From Promethearchaeota archaeon (GTDB lineage Archaea; Asgardarchaeota; Lokiarchaeia; Sigyniarchaeales; SOKP01): DNA of 64,000 nucleotides. The stretch lies in NCBI GenBank assembly GCA_048938005.1, contig JBHLMQ010000012.1:1-64000 (forward strand), read 5' to 3'. Positions 61,785 through 64,000 of the stretch are shown here, one piece after another; positions within the stretch are counted from its first letter, which is position 1, and each line of letters begins with the position of its first letter. Both the position numbers and the translations under genes were made by a program. The notes below the pieces were generated by a model that was not told the DNA's origin, made no database searches, and saw only the letters and a list, made by a program, of their open reading frames with translations.

Positions 61785-62933
61785 TTAGGAAACAAATGGA
61801 TTTTGATACTCTAGAATAACTTCTGCTACCTCTGGACGCATAACTTCGGGATCTGGGGCTTTTCCTGATTGTAATGTATTACGAATTTCCCTTCCAGCAA
61901 AGTAATTCTGCATCTCTGGAGGATGAGGACAAATTTTATCATTAACTATTGAATTACATTTGCTGCATTTTGAAAATGATCTGAATTTTATTGGTTCTAT
62001 TCCTAAATCTGGAAAATAATCAAAAATCTCATGAGCATCATATGGTCCATAATAATTACCTACACCTGCATGATCTCTGCCTATAATTATGTGATCACAT
62101 CCAAAGTTTTTTCTTGCTATTGCATGAAAAATTGCCTCTTTAGGTCCCGCATATCTCATTTCAGTTTCAAATGTACTTAAAACTACCCTATCTTTTGGAT
62201 AGTATTCTTTTATCAGAACTTGATATGTACGTATAATAACCTCATCTAAAAAATCCCCAATTTTCTTCTTACCAATTACAGGATTTATAAAAAGCCCATC
62301 TACATAGGTTAAACCTGCTTTTTGTACATATTCATGGCCTAAATGAGGTGGATTTCTTGTTTGAAAAGCTACAACTTTGTTCCACTTTTTTTCTTTAAAA
62401 AGAACTCTTGTTTCTATTGGTTTAAGGTCCAATTCCGGAAAAACTGATTTAGGTTCATTTATTAAAAAAATCTCACCTCCAACTAGTTTATCTTTCATTT
62501 TGAAAACTGAACTAACACCCGGATGGTTATTATCAAGTGTGCCATACACTTTTTCTGCTAATTCCTTTTTATCATAATCATATATCTCTTCAACTGCCAT
62601 CAGAGCAATTATGGTTTCTTCTGAATCAACCAACAGCACTCTGTCATCAGTGCTAAAAGATCTCGCCTTTTCTTCAGTAATATCCAACACTATAGGAATT
62701 GGCCATGCTAAATTGTTCTCCAAATACATATGTTCTAAAACATATTTATAATCATTCTTATTCATAAATCCTTCCAAAGGGCTGAAGACTCCATGTGCAA
62801 TATTTTTAATCACCTTTACAGTTGGTTGATTTACTGATATTTTTTCAAATTCATGTATTTCATCTAAAATTCTATTTTTTTCAATTTTTGGTAATTCCTT
62901 ATTTATTAAACTACCACCATGAGGCTGAATCAT
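61785..62933 (-). CDS. sat: Sulfate adenylyltransferase
   Basis: PHGG, FSPLEGFM, FQTRNPPHLGH, MRYAGPKEA, GRDHAG. Confidence 0.96.
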   Translation of the reverse strand: MIQPHGGSLINKELPKIEKNRILDEIHEFEKISVNQPTVKVIKNIAHGVFSPLEGFMNKNDYKYVLEHMYLENNLAWPIPIVLDITEEKARSFSTDDRVLLVDSEETIIALMAVEEIYDYDKKELAEKVYGTLDNNHPGVSSVFKMKDKLVGGEIFLINEPKSVFPELDLKPIETRVLFKEKKWNKVVAFQTRNPPHLGHEYVQKAGLTYVDGLFINPVIGKKKIGDFLDEVIIRTYQVLIKEYYPKDRVVLSTFETEMRYAGPKEAIFHAIARKNFGCDHIIIGRDHAGVGNYYGPYDAHEIFDYFPDLGIEPIKFRSFSKCSKCNSIVNDKICPHPPEMQNYFAGREIRNTLQSGKAPDPEVMRPEVAEVILEYQNPFVS

Positions 62934-62987
62934 CTTTATATACTCCGATTATTTATTAAAATTCTATATATTATTACTACTTGTTTT

Positions 62988-63227
62988 TCAATCGATATAA
63001 CCTAAATCTCTAAGGCGTTGTTTAACTTTTTCTTCTTCTTCCTTAGTAAATGCTTGCTTGGATCGCTCATCTTCCTCTATGGAAGATATTACTTGTCTAA
63101 GTACATATGTCACATAACTAGAAACAGATGAAAACCCAGTTCCTTTCATACGTTGCTTAATCTTTTCCACAAGGGGTTTAGGTATTGAAACTGTAGTGTA
63201 TTCAACTTTTAGGTCATCTTCTGACAT
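62988..63227 (-). CDS. CopG/ribbon-helix-helix protein with C-terminal EEEKVKQRLRDLGY tail
   Basis: YTTVSIPKPLVEKIK..GFSSVSSYVTYVLR RHH pattern followed by a sulfatase-type tail. Confidence 0.82.
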   Translation of the reverse strand: MSEDDLKVEYTTVSIPKPLVEKIKQRMKGTGFSSVSSYVTYVLRQVISSIEEDERSKQAFTKEEEEKVKQRLRDLGYID

Positions 63228-63764
63228 AAGCTTTACCTAAAATTTATTTAAATTATTATAATTAAATTTAATGGTATATAATTAAAAATAATTAAAAAAG
63301 CTTTTTAAAAATTCTGCTTTGGATTTTACATCTTAAATTAAACTTATTTGGTATTTTTTATTTATTTTATTTAATTATTATTAGTGTTATAATTCATTTT
63401 GGAATTAAACTAAAAATTTTGTACGAAAAGCTCTTTAGCATTACAGCTTGCTAGTTTAGGATATAAAATCACAGGAATTGATCAAAAAAAAGGTTAAAGA
63501 TTTTCTTTCAGAGAAGTAATTTTCTAATAAAGTTTCTTTAAATTTTATCTATAAATTTAGAAATTAAGATTCTGATATTTCTGTTGATTTTTTGTCCTTC
63601 AATATTATAATCAAAAGCTCCAAATAATGTAATTAATAAATTTAAAGCGATTAAATAATCTATTTAACGTAATCTGTTTTAAAATGATAATTTTTTCATC
63701 AATTAGTATTTTAAAGTATTTAATATTCATTAAAATGTTATTTAGATATCAAAATTTCTAAAAG

Positions 63765-64000
63765 ATGAGTAAAACATTGAATCTTAAAAGCATTAAAACA
63801 CTTTTAAAAAAGATAAAAAACCCATTAACTTTTCGGAATGCTCTTCTATATAAATTCTGTTCATTTTTATACCGTAAAAACAACGGTTTCTATATTTTTA
63901 ATGAATCATGGGACAATTTAATCATCTTGGATGCATGTAGATATGATGTTTTTAAAGAGCAATATTTAAAAAGAAATATGAAAGGGGAGCTATTTAAAAA
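63765..64000 (+). CDS. Partial (3'-truncated) sulfatase-like AlkP-core protein
   Basis: ATG 63765 open to the window end: ...FNESWDNLIILDACRYDVF..., the N-terminal metal-binding motif of archaeal sulfatase-like proteins in glycosylation loci. Not in the ORF track. Confidence 0.75.
   Translation, partial: MSKTLNLKSIKTLLKKIKNPLTFRNALLYKFCSFLYRKNNGFYIFNESWDNLIILDACRYDVFKEQYLKRNMKGELFK

Noticed and set aside
1564-62577. Numerous 60-170 aa ORFs antisense to or nested in long genes (e.g. 5065-5400, 19653-20156, 22199-22540, 35281-35613, 58839-59186, 60067-60402)
   Set aside because: Shadow frames of well-supported genes; no motifs or SD; composition mirrors antisense codon bias.
59799-62933. Dissimilatory or assimilatory sulfate reduction
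   Set aside because: No aprAB, dsrAB, cysH or sulfite reductase in the window; context points to PAPS as a donor instead.
63228-63764. Long AT-rich intergenic region as ncRNA or replication origin
   Set aside because: No convincing stems, ORB-like repeats or cdc6; best explained as a divergent promoter region.

Overview
AT-rich archaeal chromosomal window, almost certainly Asgard (Lokiarchaeia-like). Evidence: eukaryotic-signature proteins (E1, E2, UBC-repeat/RING E3, Rab-like and longin-Arf-like GTPases, roadblock), a Loki-CTERM-type tail, an intron-containing tRNA-Tyr with C1:G72, and GGTGA Shine-Dalgarno motifs. 0-25 kb: housekeeping and ESP genes, including a 2125-aa protein of 18 three-helix/charged-helix repeats. 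25-46 kb: a surface-glycan cluster (rmlA/B, vioA/B-like, WecF-like GT56, flippase, two 2-epimerases, GT2/GT4). 46.7-52 kb: a FANCL/listerin-like E3 and IleRS. 52-60 kb: heptose biosynthesis interleaved with non-oxidative pentose-phosphate genes. 60-64 kb: a PAPS-synthesis unit (sat, cysC) with AlkP-superfamily enzymes and an RHH protein carrying a sulfatase-type RLRDLGY tail. Best novelty candidates: the AlkP/LGY-tail sulfation module, the four-UBC-fold RING E3, the giant MIT-like repeat protein, and a pseudoknotted RNA-like element behind an HNH-like ORF end. All calls come from manual motif reading; no searches were run.
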